From Candidatus Allofournierella excrementavium (GTDB lineage: Bacteria; Bacillota; Clostridia; Oscillospirales; Ruminococcaceae), in assembly GCA_019120375.1 (NCBI GenBank), contig DWVE01000028.1:9209-73208 (forward strand): DNA of 64,000 bases, given 5' to 3'. Position 1 is the stretch's first letter, and every line of letters starts with the position of its first letter. Made by a program: the position numbers and the translations under genes. Below are positions 1-8,364 of the stretch, piece by piece. A model generated the notes under the pieces. The model saw only the letters and a program-made list of their open reading frames with translations. It did not search any database and was not told where the DNA came from.

Positions 1-176
1 TCCACCAGCTTTTTGATGTGGAAGGTCACCGACGAGGCGGAAATGCCCATCTTGTCCGCCAGTTCCTTGGGCGTCATGGGCCGGCCCGCCAGCTGCAAAA
101 GGCGCAGGATGTCCTGCCGGGCGGGGTTCATAAAAGCGTTCTGCTTTTCGCGGGTGTCCAGATTGACGACTTCCAT
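1..176 (-). CDS. winged-helix (ArsR-like) transcriptional regulator, N-terminal 58 aa only (gene runs off the window start)
   Basis: Manual minus-strand translation from the ATG (complement of 174-176) gives MEVVNLDTREKQNAFMNPARQDILRLLQLAGRPMTPKELADKMGISASSVTFHIKKLVE. GGAGGG RBS at complement of 183-188. Absent from the ORF track because it is truncated. Confidence 0.7.
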   Translation of the reverse strand, partial: MEVVNLDTREKQNAFMNPARQDILRLLQLAGRPMTPKELADKMGISASSVTFHIKKLV

Positions 177-194
177 GCTCTTCCCTCCATCACA

Positions 195-241
195 TTACAC
201 GTTGTGTAACGATTATATCATTACACGATGCGTAACGTCAA
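195..241 (-). promoter_or_regulatory. promoter TTGACG-N18-TATAAT with two 15-bp palindromic operators
   Basis: -35 is the complement of 236-241 and -10 the complement of 212-217. TTACACGTTGTGTAA at 195-209 has perfect arms; TTACACGATGCGTAA at 221-235 has one mismatch. The two sites bracket the -10 upstream of the regulator ATG at 176. Confidence 0.6.
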
Positions 242-398
242 GAGGGATCTTGCGCTGCCCGCAAAAAAACGCTGGCGGGCCCCTGACGGAGCCCGCCGGT
301 GTTTGCACAGGGCGGTCAAAATCGATATTCCCCGCTGCCATGGCCCAGGCGGGGCCCCAGCGAAAGTTTGCGCAAACAAAGTTTCGCGGGGAAAAGGA

Positions 399-433
399 GC
401 CGCCGTGCAAGTGAACGCACCGGCGGCTTTTTT
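399..433 (+). terminator. intrinsic terminator, plus-strand orientation
   Basis: Stem GCCGCCGTGC / GCACCGGCGGC (one bulge), 8-nt loop, then TTTTTT at 428-433. No obvious plus-strand gene lies upstream. Confidence 0.55.
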
Positions 434-435
434 GC

Positions 436-472
436 AAAAAAGCCGCCGCAAGCGATGCACAGCTTGCGGCGG
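436..472 (-). terminator. intrinsic terminator of the minus-strand tRNA cluster
   Basis: Stem GCCGCCGCAAGC / GCTTGCGGCGG, followed on the minus strand by a T6 run (A-run 436-441). It sits immediately 3' of tRNA-Gln. Confidence 0.75.
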
Positions 473-474
473 TG

Positions 475-549
475 TGGTTGGGTTGGCGGGATTCGAACCC
501 ACGCATGCGGGAGTCAAAGTCCCGTGCCTTACCGCTTGGCGACAACCCA
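475..549 (-). tRNA. tRNA-Gln (anticodon TTG), CCA encoded
   Basis: Cloverleaf folded by hand: acceptor TGGGTTG/CAACCCA, anticodon arm CGGGA-CTTTGAC-TCCCG, T-loop TTCGAAT, 3' ACCA. Confidence 0.9.
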
Positions 550-600
550 GCTTATTTATAGAAAAAAGCGAACTCTTTCGAGTTCGCTTTCCCTGTAATG

Positions 601-678
<78 letters not shown>

Positions 679-684
679 ACATAT

Positions 685-761
<77 letters not shown>

Positions 762-797
762 CTGAAAGTTCAGGTCTCAGCGAAGCGCTGCTTGAAT

Positions 798-826
798 ATC
801 ATACTATGCGAAAGAGCAAAAGTCAA
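798..826 (-). promoter_or_regulatory. promoter TTGACT-N17-TATGAT for the Arg-His-Gln tRNA operon
   Basis: -35 is the complement of 821-826 and -10 the complement of 798-803, with a 17-nt spacer. It lies about 35 nt upstream of tRNA-Arg. Confidence 0.55.
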
Positions 827-948
827 GGCTTTGTAAAAAGTTTTTCTTTTCTGCCTATGGTCTTGCCGCAAAGAATATGCTATACTGATAGCAAACGAGG
901 GGCTGCGGCGCACTTTGCCGCCCGGCCTGGAAAGGAAGTTTTGTACTA

Positions 949-1482
949 ATGTCGAACATCTGGCATGATATGAACCCCGCCCGCATCACCGCCGAAGACT
1001 TTGTCGCCGTGATCGAGATCGAGAAGGGCTCGAAGAAGAAATACGAGCTGGACAAGGAGACCGGCCTCATCATTCTGGACCGCATCCTCTACACCTCCAC
1101 CCACTACCCCGCCAACTACGGTCTCATCCCCCGCACCCTGTCGGACGACGGCGACCCGCTGGACGTTCTGGTGCTGTGCAGCGAGGTCATCCAGCCCATG
1201 AGCCTGGTGCGCTGCTACCCCATCGGTGTGTTCACCATGCTGGACGGCGGCAAGCTGGACGAGAAGATCATCGCCATCCCCTTCAGCGACCCCACCTACA
1301 ATTCCTACCACGACATCAGCGAGCTGCCCAGCCATCTGTTCAGCGAGATGCGCCACTTCTTCCAGGTGTACAAGAACCTGGAGGGCAAAGAGACGGTGGT
1401 CAACGAGGAGCAGGGCCGCGAAGCCGCGATGGAGATCATCGACAAATGCCGCGAGGCCTACATCGAGCACTATTGCAAATAA
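949..1482 (+). CDS. ppa: inorganic pyrophosphatase, family I
   Basis: 177 aa. Motifs KYELDKETG, YPANYGLIPRT and DGDPLDVLVL are typical of soluble family I PPases. An extended -10 (TGCTATACT, 879-886) lies upstream. Confidence 0.93.
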   Translation: MSNIWHDMNPARITAEDFVAVIEIEKGSKKKYELDKETGLIILDRILYTSTHYPANYGLIPRTLSDDGDPLDVLVLCSEVIQPMSLVRCYPIGVFTMLDGGKLDEKIIAIPFSDPTYNSYHDISELPSHLFSEMRHFFQVYKNLEGKETVVNEEQGREAAMEIIDKCREAYIEHYCK

Positions 1483-1495
1483 TTTTTCGCGCACA

Positions 1496-1528
1496 GAAGC
1501 CCCGGGCCGCATGGCCCGGGGCTTCTTT
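1496..1528. terminator. bidirectional terminator between convergent ppa and the MATE gene
   Basis: Perfect 13-bp stem GAAGCCCCGGGCC / GGCCCGGGGCTTC with loop GCAT, then TTTC. Confidence 0.7.
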
Positions 1529-2892
1529 CATTGGACGCAGATCTGCTGTTTTCTGGTCAGCCGCGCAAGGAACACCAGGAAGATGCCGGTGAGGATGACG
1601 CCCTTGAAGATGCTGGAGATGGAGATGCTCCACCACACGCCGGAAAGGCCCAGGGCCGTGGCGCTGAGGGCCATGGCCGCGGGGATGCGCAGGCCGGTGA
1701 ACACGATGCTCACCGCGCTGGAGGGCAGGGTGTTGCCAAAGCCCGCGTAGGCGCCGCCTACCAATATCTCCCAGCACATGAACAGTTCGGAATAGCCCAG
1801 GATGACCAGGTAGTCCACGCCCATGGGCAGCACGTCCGCCTCCGGGATGAAGAAGCGGAAGATGGGCGCGGCGCAGAACACCAGCAGGGCGGTGCAGAGA
1901 ATGCCCCAAATGGTCATGAGCAGGAACGCCGCGCCGAAACCCCGACGCGCCCGGCGCAGGTTGCCCGCGCCGCAGTTCTGGGCGATGAAGCTGTTCACCG
2001 CGGCGGCAAAGCCGTCGGCGGTCATCCAGCTGATGGACTCGATCTGGCTGCCCACCTTCTGCACCGCCACCGCCGCATCGCCCCAGCCGGCCACCAGCCG
2101 GGCGATGACCATGCCGATGAGCGGGAAGATGATGTTCATCGCGGTGGCCGGGCCGCTCACTTTGGAGATGGCCGCCAGCTCGCTGCGCACGGCGGGCCGC
2201 TTGAGGTGGACGTGGGCGAACAGGGTCTGGTCCTGCACCGCGTAGCGGGCCAGCAGGGCGAACACGATGCCCTGGGCGGTGACGGTGGCCACCGCCGCGC
2301 CCGCAACGCCCCACTTGGGGAAGGGCCCCACGCCGAAGATGAGCACCGGGTCCAGCACGATGTTGGCCCCCAGGCCCACCGCCATGGCGAAGAAGGGGGT
2401 GCGGCTGTTGCCGGTGGCGTTGATGAGGGCCACCAGCACCTGATTGATGAAGGAGAAGAACATGCCGAAGCCCACGATGATGAGGTAGGCCCGGGCCTGG
2501 GCCTCCACCTCAGCGCTGTTCAGCCGGAAGAAGCCGATCAGCGGCCCCGCCCCCACGAACATCGCCACCGTGTAGACCAGCGACATCACGCCGCCCATCT
2601 GCAGCGCCGCTGCGGCATAGCGCCCGGCGGCCTCGATGTCGCCCGCGCCGATGCTCTGGGCCACCTTGACCTGGCCGCCCATGCGGGGCAGCACCGCCAT
2701 GCCGTTGGACAGCCACATGAACATGCCCGCCGCGCCCACGGCGGCCACGGCGCCCGCGCCCACCCGGCCGATCCAGATCATGTCGGTCAGGTTGTAGGCC
2801 ATCTGCACCAGCTGGCTGCCCATGATGGGCAGTGCCAGCAAAGTCAGAGAGCGCAGGATGTTCCCTTTCAAAAGATCCACTTGTCTTGCCAT
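1528..2892 (-). CDS. MATE family efflux transporter
   Basis: 454 aa, about 12 TM segments. The N-terminus LLKGNILRSLTLLALPIMGSQLVQMAYNLTDMIWIGRVG is typical of the NorM/DinF family. Confidence 0.9.
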   Translation of the reverse strand: MARQVDLLKGNILRSLTLLALPIMGSQLVQMAYNLTDMIWIGRVGAGAVAAVGAAGMFMWLSNGMAVLPRMGGQVKVAQSIGAGDIEAAGRYAAAALQMGGVMSLVYTVAMFVGAGPLIGFFRLNSAEVEAQARAYLIIVGFGMFFSFINQVLVALINATGNSRTPFFAMAVGLGANIVLDPVLIFGVGPFPKWGVAGAAVATVTAQGIVFALLARYAVQDQTLFAHVHLKRPAVRSELAAISKVSGPATAMNIIFPLIGMVIARLVAGWGDAAVAVQKVGSQIESISWMTADGFAAAVNSFIAQNCGAGNLRRARRGFGAAFLLMTIWGILCTALLVFCAAPIFRFFIPEADVLPMGVDYLVILGYSELFMCWEILVGGAYAGFGNTLPSSAVSIVFTGLRIPAAMALSATALGLSGVWWSISISSIFKGVILTGIFLVFLARLTRKQQICVQ

Positions 2893-2929
2893 GATTCCCC
2901 TCTTTTCTCCTCGGTAAAAAAATCGCGTT

Positions 2930-3589
2930 TCAGCGCACGGTCACGCCCAGCAGGCGGGCAAGCTCCGCCGCCTGCCGCACATTGACCGTTGCGCCTTTGA
3001 GTTCCGCGGCGACGTCGCTCACCACCACGCCCTCCAGCTCGCTGTCGGTGAAATCCAGCCCCGCCAGCGGCGTTTTGAAAAAGCTGGTGCGGAAAAATTT
3101 GCTGCGCGCCAGCATAAGCCCCTTGTGCCGCCATTCACTGAGGCTGGCGGCGGAAAAATCGCACTCCTCCAGGCGCACGCGCTCCACGCTGGCGCCGGTG
3201 AAGTTCGCTTCGGTGAAGTTGCACCCCTCCAGCCGCACATGGGCAAGGCGGCAGTCCGGCAGGGATGCCGCCACCGCCTTGACCCCCTGCAGCTGACAGC
3301 GCAGGAAGTAAACTTCGCCGGCCCGCACCGCCGAAAGCTCGCAGTGTTTGAGCCGGCAGTCCACAAAGCTTGCCGCCCGCAGGTCGGCCCCGGTGAAGCG
3401 GCAGCCCTCGAACAGGCACTGTTCAAAGCGCATCTCCCGCAGTGTTTCGCCGCAGAGGTCCAGCCCGCAGAAATGCCAGCGGGCCAGCGGCTCCTGCCTT
3501 GCGGCGGCCATGGCGGCGAGTTCCTCGCCCCGTTCCGCCGTTTCCAGCCCTTCGGGCAGCGCCGGCGGCAGGATGGGCTTTTCTTTCAT
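2930..3589 (-). CDS. pentapeptide-repeat protein, Qnr/MfpA-like
   Basis: Start trimmed to MKEKPILPP (ATG is the complement of 3587-3589; AGGAGG RBS). 219 aa. Tandem A(D/N)LxX-type pentapeptides (CRFTGADLRAASFVDCRLKHCELS...NFTEANFTGASVERVRLEECDFSAASL). Confidence 0.85.
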   Translation of the reverse strand: MKEKPILPPALPEGLETAERGEELAAMAAARQEPLARWHFCGLDLCGETLREMRFEQCLFEGCRFTGADLRAASFVDCRLKHCELSAVRAGEVYFLRCQLQGVKAVAASLPDCRLAHVRLEGCNFTEANFTGASVERVRLEECDFSAASLSEWRHKGLMLARSKFFRTSFFKTPLAGLDFTDSELEGVVVSDVAAELKGATVNVRQAAELARLLGVTVR

Positions 3590-3671
3590 TCCCGTTCCTC
3601 CTCTAAACACAGGCAAAGGGAACGGTCGGCAAAGCCGGCCGTTCCCTGCATGGTCTGCTTTTGGGAAACGA

Positions 3672-4595
3672 TCACTTCCACAGCGGGGTGGGATACAGCC
3701 CGTCGGCCACTTTCTGGGCCAGGGCAGCCACAACGCCGGGCTTGTCCTCCTTGTAGGTCACGCCGTACCACTTGTCGGCGCTGTGCAGCACGGTCACCTT
3801 CGCGGTGCCCTCGGTGAGCATCTGGCCCACGACGGTGGGCAGCAGGAACTCGGTCTTCAGGGGGTTGGGGGTGCTGGCCAGCTCCTGCATGAAGGGCACA
3901 AAGCGGGTCTTCAGCTCGCCCACGAAGCTGGGGTCAAAGCCCCACAGGTTCATGGAAACAGGGGTGTCCGCGGGCACGTCGGTCCAGGTGGCGCCGTCGT
4001 CTTCGGTGAAGTGGATGCCGCCCTCGTAGGTGCCGATCTTGGTGCGCTCCACCACGTTGACCAGGTGGCCGTTCTCATCCACCTGGCACAGGCCGCGGGC
4101 CACAGTGCCGTGCTCGGTGACGGTGCTGTCCAGCCGGTAGGCCACCATGCCGTACTTGCCCACGCCGCACCCGTCGCTGGCCAGGTAGTCGTAGATGGTC
4201 TTGAAGGCGGAGGGGCCGTAGTAGTCGTCGGCGTTGATCACGGCGAAGGGCGCGTCCAGCACGTCCCGGGCCGCCAGGATGGCATGGCCGGTGCCCAGGG
4301 GCTTCTCACGGCCTTCGGGCAGGGTGCAGCCCTCGGGCAGGTCGTCCAGCTGCTGGTAGGCATAGCGCACTTCCATGAACTTCTCGGCGCGCTGGCCCAC
4401 GGTCTCCTTGAAGGCCTCTTCGATCTCGTGCTTGATGATGAACACCACGGTCTCGAAACCGGCGCGCTTGGCGTCGTAGAGCGAGTAGTCCATGATGACC
4501 TCGCCGCTGGGGCCCACCGGGTCGATCTGCTTGAGGCCGCCGTAACGGCTGCCCATACCGGCAGCCAGCACCACTAAGATAGGTTTCTTCTGCAT
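3672..4595 (-). CDS. sugar-phosphate nucleotidyltransferase family protein
   Basis: 307 aa. N-terminal LAAGMGSRYGGLKQ (G-x-G-S/T-R NTP-transferase loop). GGGAG RBS. Lies directly downstream of galE. Confidence 0.75.
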   Translation of the reverse strand: MQKKPILVVLAAGMGSRYGGLKQIDPVGPSGEVIMDYSLYDAKRAGFETVVFIIKHEIEEAFKETVGQRAEKFMEVRYAYQQLDDLPEGCTLPEGREKPLGTGHAILAARDVLDAPFAVINADDYYGPSAFKTIYDYLASDGCGVGKYGMVAYRLDSTVTEHGTVARGLCQVDENGHLVNVVERTKIGTYEGGIHFTEDDGATWTDVPADTPVSMNLWGFDPSFVGELKTRFVPFMQELASTPNPLKTEFLLPTVVGQMLTEGTAKVTVLHSADKWYGVTYKEDKPGVVAALAQKVADGLYPTPLWK

Positions 4596-4636
4596 GTTCG
4601 TTATCTCCCTTCGTTGTTTGGCGTGTTGTGTATCGC

Positions 4637-5656
4637 TCAGCCCTTATAGCCGTTGGGGTTCATGCTCTGCCACTTCCAGCTGTCCGCGCACATCTCCTCG
4701 ATGCCGTACTGCGCCTGCCAGCCCAGCTCGTTCTTGGCCTTGGCGGGGTCGGCGTAAACGGTGGCGATGTCGCCGGGGCGGCGGGGGTCGATGACGTAGG
4801 GCAGGGTCTTGCCGCAGGCCTTCTCATAGGCCTTGATGACGTCCAGCACGCTGTAGCCCTTGCCGGTGCCCAGGTTGCAGATGAACAGGCCGGGCTTCTG
4901 CTCCAGCTTCTTGATGGCGGCCACGTGGCCCTTGGCCAGGTCCACCACATGGATGTAGTCGCGCACGCCGGTGCCGTCCGGGGTGGGATAGTCGTTGCCG
5001 AACACATGCACCTTTTCCAGCGCGCCCACGGCCACCTTGGCGATGTAGGGCACGAGGTTATTGGGGATGCCGTTGGGGTCCTCGCCGATCAGGCCGCTCT
5101 TGTGGGCGCCGATGGGGTTGAAGTAGCGCAGCAGCGCCACGTTCATCTCGGGGTAGGCCTTGCAGCAGTCGGTGAGCATCATCTCGTTCATCAGCTTGCT
5201 GGTGCCGTAGGGGTTGGTGGTGCCGCCCACGCGGCAGTTCTCATCGATGGGCACCTTCTCCGGGTCGCCGTAGACGGTGGCGGAGGAGGAGAACACCAGA
5301 TTGTTCACGCCGTGGCGGCGCATGGCAGCCAGCACGGTGAGGGTGGTGGTGAGGTTGTTGGTGTAGTACTCGATGGGCTTGCCCACGCTCTCGCCCACCG
5401 CCTTGTAAGCGGCGAACTGGATCACCGAGTCAATGTCCGGGTTCTGCGCGAACAGCTGCTCCACCTTTTCCGCGTCGGTGAGGTCGACCTCCACAAAGCG
5501 GAAATCCTTGCCGGAGATCTCCTTCACCCGGCGCACCGCCTCCGGGCAGGAGTTGTAGTAGTTGTCGGCCACGACGATGTCATAGCCGGCCGCCAGAAGT
5601 TCCACGCAGGTATGACTGCCAATGTAACCTGCGCCGCCGCACACTAAAATACTCAT
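4637..5656 (-). CDS. galE: UDP-glucose 4-epimerase
   Basis: Start trimmed to MSILVCGGAGYIGSH (Rossmann GxxGxxG; AGGAG RBS). Motifs YGTSK (YxxxK), NPIGAH and DGTGVRDYIHVVDLA. Confidence 0.93.
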   Translation of the reverse strand: MSILVCGGAGYIGSHTCVELLAAGYDIVVADNYYNSCPEAVRRVKEISGKDFRFVEVDLTDAEKVEQLFAQNPDIDSVIQFAAYKAVGESVGKPIEYYTNNLTTTLTVLAAMRRHGVNNLVFSSSATVYGDPEKVPIDENCRVGGTTNPYGTSKLMNEMMLTDCCKAYPEMNVALLRYFNPIGAHKSGLIGEDPNGIPNNLVPYIAKVAVGALEKVHVFGNDYPTPDGTGVRDYIHVVDLAKGHVAAIKKLEQKPGLFICNLGTGKGYSVLDVIKAYEKACGKTLPYVIDPRRPGDIATVYADPAKAKNELGWQAQYGIEEMCADSWKWQSMNPNGYKG

Positions 5657-5736
5657 GCTGTTGCTCCTTTCCCTTCCGGGCATTTTATACTTTAACTATA
5701 CCCCACGCCGGGGTGAAAAGCAAGAGAAACAGGGCC

Positions 5737-6687
5737 TCAGAGGACCCCCAGGCTGCGCCACAAAAAGATCCAGAAAGTCAGGCTCACGCTGGAGGCCAGC
5801 GTTGTGAGCATGACGGTGGTGCCGGCCAGGGCCGCGTCGCCGCCGAGGCTGCGGGTCATCACGTAGCTGGTGGGGGTGCAGGGCGAGCCCAGCATCACGA
5901 TGAGGCCCATGAACATCTGCTCCCGGAAGCCCAGGGCCGCGCCCAGCGGCAGGAACACCGCGGGCAGCACCACCAGCTTCACCGTCGAGGCGATGAGCGC
6001 CAGCCGGGAGGTGCCCAGCGCCGCCTTGAAATCGAAGGTCACGCCGATGGCCACCAGCGCCAGCGGCGTGGTCAGGCCGGCCAGATTTTCCAGCGTGCGG
6101 TCCAGCACGGTGGGCACCGGCAGGCGGATGAGCGCCGCCGCAAAGCCCGCCAGAATGCCCAGGATGATGGGGTTGGTGGCCACGCCTTTGGCCGCGCCGG
6201 CAAGGCGCGCTTTCAGCGGCTGGCCGCCCGCGTCCTCCCCTTCCAGGGTGAGCACCGCCACCGCGAACAGGTTGAACAGCGGCACGCTGCCCAAAATCAT
6301 CAGCCCGGCCATGCCGGCGGAGCCGTAGATGTTCTGGATGAAGGCAAGGCCCAGGATGGCGGCGCTGGAGCGGTAGCAGGCCTGCACGAAGGCGCCCACG
6401 CTGCCCTTTGGCCGCACGAAGCGGTGGGCCAGCGCCCAGATGACCAGGATGCCCGCCAGGGTGGCCCCCGCGCAGAAGGCCAGATACGTGCCGTCGAAGC
6501 TGTGGTAAATATCCACCGCGCGGATCTGCTCGAAGAGCATCAGCGGCAGAGTGACCTTGAAGACGAACTTGTCGGCCACATCGGCAAAGTGCCGGTCCAG
6601 CAGGCCCAGCCGCCGCAGCCCCAGGCCCGCCGCCATGGTGAGGAAGATGGGCAGGGATGCGTTCACGCTGTAAACGAAGGATTCCAA
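5737..6687 (-). CDS. AEC (auxin efflux carrier) family transporter
   Basis: 316 aa, TTG start, about 10 TM segments. N-terminal LPIFLTMAAGLGLRRLGLL is typical of the AEC family. Confidence 0.8.
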   Translation of the reverse strand: MESFVYSVNASLPIFLTMAAGLGLRRLGLLDRHFADVADKFVFKVTLPLMLFEQIRAVDIYHSFDGTYLAFCAGATLAGILVIWALAHRFVRPKGSVGAFVQACYRSSAAILGLAFIQNIYGSAGMAGLMILGSVPLFNLFAVAVLTLEGEDAGGQPLKARLAGAAKGVATNPIILGILAGFAAALIRLPVPTVLDRTLENLAGLTTPLALVAIGVTFDFKAALGTSRLALIASTVKLVVLPAVFLPLGAALGFREQMFMGLIVMLGSPCTPTSYVMTRSLGGDAALAGTTVMLTTLASSVSLTFWIFLWRSLGVL

Positions 6688-6901
6688 GCCGCCTGCCCCC
6701 TTTGCCGACCCCTATTGTATCACCCGCGCACCGGGAAAGAAAGACCCCGTCTCCGAAAATGCAAAAGAAAGGGCGCTGACTGCAAACCGGCCCTTTTTTC
6801 TCCTCCTTTTGCGGCGCGGCAGGGCCGTTCTTGCCAAAGGGCGGCAAATATGGTAGGGTATATTACAAAAGAGCGGCCGCGCCGAAACGGAGGGAGAACA
6901 G

Positions 6902-7282
6902 ATGCAGGTCCATGAATCCTCGGAGGATTATCTCGAGGCCATCCTGATGCTGAAAGAGCGCAAGGGCTACGTGCGCTCGGTGGACGTGGCCAACGAGCTG
7001 GCCTTCACCAAAGCCAGCGTGAGCGTGGCGATGAAAAAGCTGCGGGAGAACGGCTACGTGCAGGTGGACGCCGACGGGGGGCTGGTGCTGACCGAGGCGG
7101 GGCTGGCCATTGCCCGGCGGGTGTATGACCGGCACCGGCTGCTCACCGAGTTCTTCGTGCGGCTGGGGGTGGACCCGGAAGTGGCCGCCCGGGACGCCTG
7201 CCGCGTGGAGCACGACCTGAGCGAGCAGACTTTTTCGAAGCTTGTGGAACACGCGCAAAAAAAGTTTGAAAAAGATGGTTGA
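6902..7282 (+). CDS. DtxR/MntR-family metal-dependent transcriptional regulator (short form, no SH3-like C-domain)
   Basis: 126 aa. SEDYLEAILML, VRSVDVANELAFTKASVSVAMKKLRENGYV (wHTH) and a dimerisation helix (RHRLLTEFF). GGAGGGAG RBS. Confidence 0.85.
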   Translation: MQVHESSEDYLEAILMLKERKGYVRSVDVANELAFTKASVSVAMKKLRENGYVQVDADGGLVLTEAGLAIARRVYDRHRLLTEFFVRLGVDPEVAARDACRVEHDLSEQTFSKLVEHAQKKFEKDG

Positions 7283-7307
7283 CAACCGCCGAACTCTGTG
7301 CTAAAAT
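7279..7307 (+). promoter_or_regulatory. promoter TTGACA-N17-TAAAAT for tRNA-Leu
   Basis: Consensus -35 at 7279-7284 overlaps the DtxR stop codon. 17-nt spacer, -10 at 7302-7307. Confidence 0.65.
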
Positions 7308-7387
7308 AGCTATCGTTCCGCACAGCGGACCCCACGGTCCAACGTGAGAACAGCGTATTCGCGGCCTTGCGCCGCGTTTACATAGAT

Positions 7388-7474
7388 GCGGATGTGGCGG
7401 AATTGGCAGACGCGCTAGATTCAGGTTCTAGTGGGGGCAACTCCATATGGGTTCAAGTCCCTTCATCCGCACCA
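7388..7474 (+). tRNA. tRNA-Leu (anticodon CAG), long variable arm, CCA encoded
   Basis: Acceptor GCGGATG/CATCCGC, anticodon arm CTAGA-TTCAGGT-TCTAG, variable arm GTGGGGGCAACTCCAT, T-loop TTCAAGT. Confidence 0.9.
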
Positions 7475-7476
7475 GG

Positions 7477-7509
7477 CTCCCGAACGCTTCGGCGTTCGGG
7501 AGTTTTTTT
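7477..7509 (+). terminator. intrinsic terminator after tRNA-Leu
   Basis: Stem CTCCCGAACGC / GCGTTCGGGAG, loop TTCG, then T7. Confidence 0.85.
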
Positions 7510-7566
7510 GTGCAAAGCAAGGAGGGGCCCCGGCCAGCATTGGCCAGGGCCCCTTTCCCTTTTGAT

Positions 7567-8364
7567 TCAGATGTGCAGGTCCTTTTTGCAGAACACGGCC
7601 ACGCCCGCGGCATAGAGCGCCGCCGCGCCGGCCAGCAGCAGTCCGGCAAAGAGAACGGCCTGCTCCTCCCCCGCCGCAAGGCCCTTGGGGTCATAGAGGG
7701 TGAAGAAGGTGAACCAGCGGGCTTTTTCGGCCGCGTCGCCCGCGTTGGCCAGCATCTGGAGCAGGAACATCAGCGCGGGCACGCCCGCGCCGAAGGCAAG
7801 GCTGTACTTCGTGTCGGAGAAAGCGCAGGAGGCCAGAAAGCACACCCCGCCGATGAAGAGGTGCAGGCAGAGCAGGCCCGCGTTCACCGCCAGCAGCTCC
7901 CCCACCGCCAGTTCACCGGGGAAAGAGCTTTGGCACACCGCCAGTTCCAGCCCTGTGACGTAGCCCACCAGCAGCACCGTGCCGGAGATGAGCACCGCGG
8001 CCTGGGTGAGGGCCACGGCGCTGCGGCGCACCGGCGCGGCCAGCAGGCAGGCCATGGAGCCCCGGTCCACATATTTTGCCACCAGCCCGTTCGCACGCAG
8101 GATGCAGAACACCATGGGGAACACCAGCAGGATGAAGCCGTAGAGATAGGAGATCATAAAGCCCAGCAGGTCCGCCGCGCCGGCGGTCATGCCCACGGCG
8201 GCCATCAGTTCCGGCATCGCCTGGGCGTAGCTGTCCAGCAGTTTGAGCATGTCCGGCTCGTACATGGAGATGATGATGGCCACATACATGGTCAGCACCG
8301 CCCCGAAGATGACCAGCAGCTTCCAGCTGCCCTTCATCTCCCGCTTATACAGTGTGAGTTCCAT
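7567..8364 (-). CDS. ABC-2 type transporter permease
   Basis: 265 aa, 6 predicted TM segments. GGAGGGGAG RBS. Overlaps the upstream ATPase gene by 20 nt. Confidence 0.8.
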   Translation of the reverse strand: MELTLYKREMKGSWKLLVIFGAVLTMYVAIIISMYEPDMLKLLDSYAQAMPELMAAVGMTAGAADLLGFMISYLYGFILLVFPMVFCILRANGLVAKYVDRGSMACLLAAPVRRSAVALTQAAVLISGTVLLVGYVTGLELAVCQSSFPGELAVGELLAVNAGLLCLHLFIGGVCFLASCAFSDTKYSLAFGAGVPALMFLLQMLANAGDAAEKARWFTFFTLYDPKGLAAGEEQAVLFAGLLLAGAAALYAAGVAVFCKKDLHI

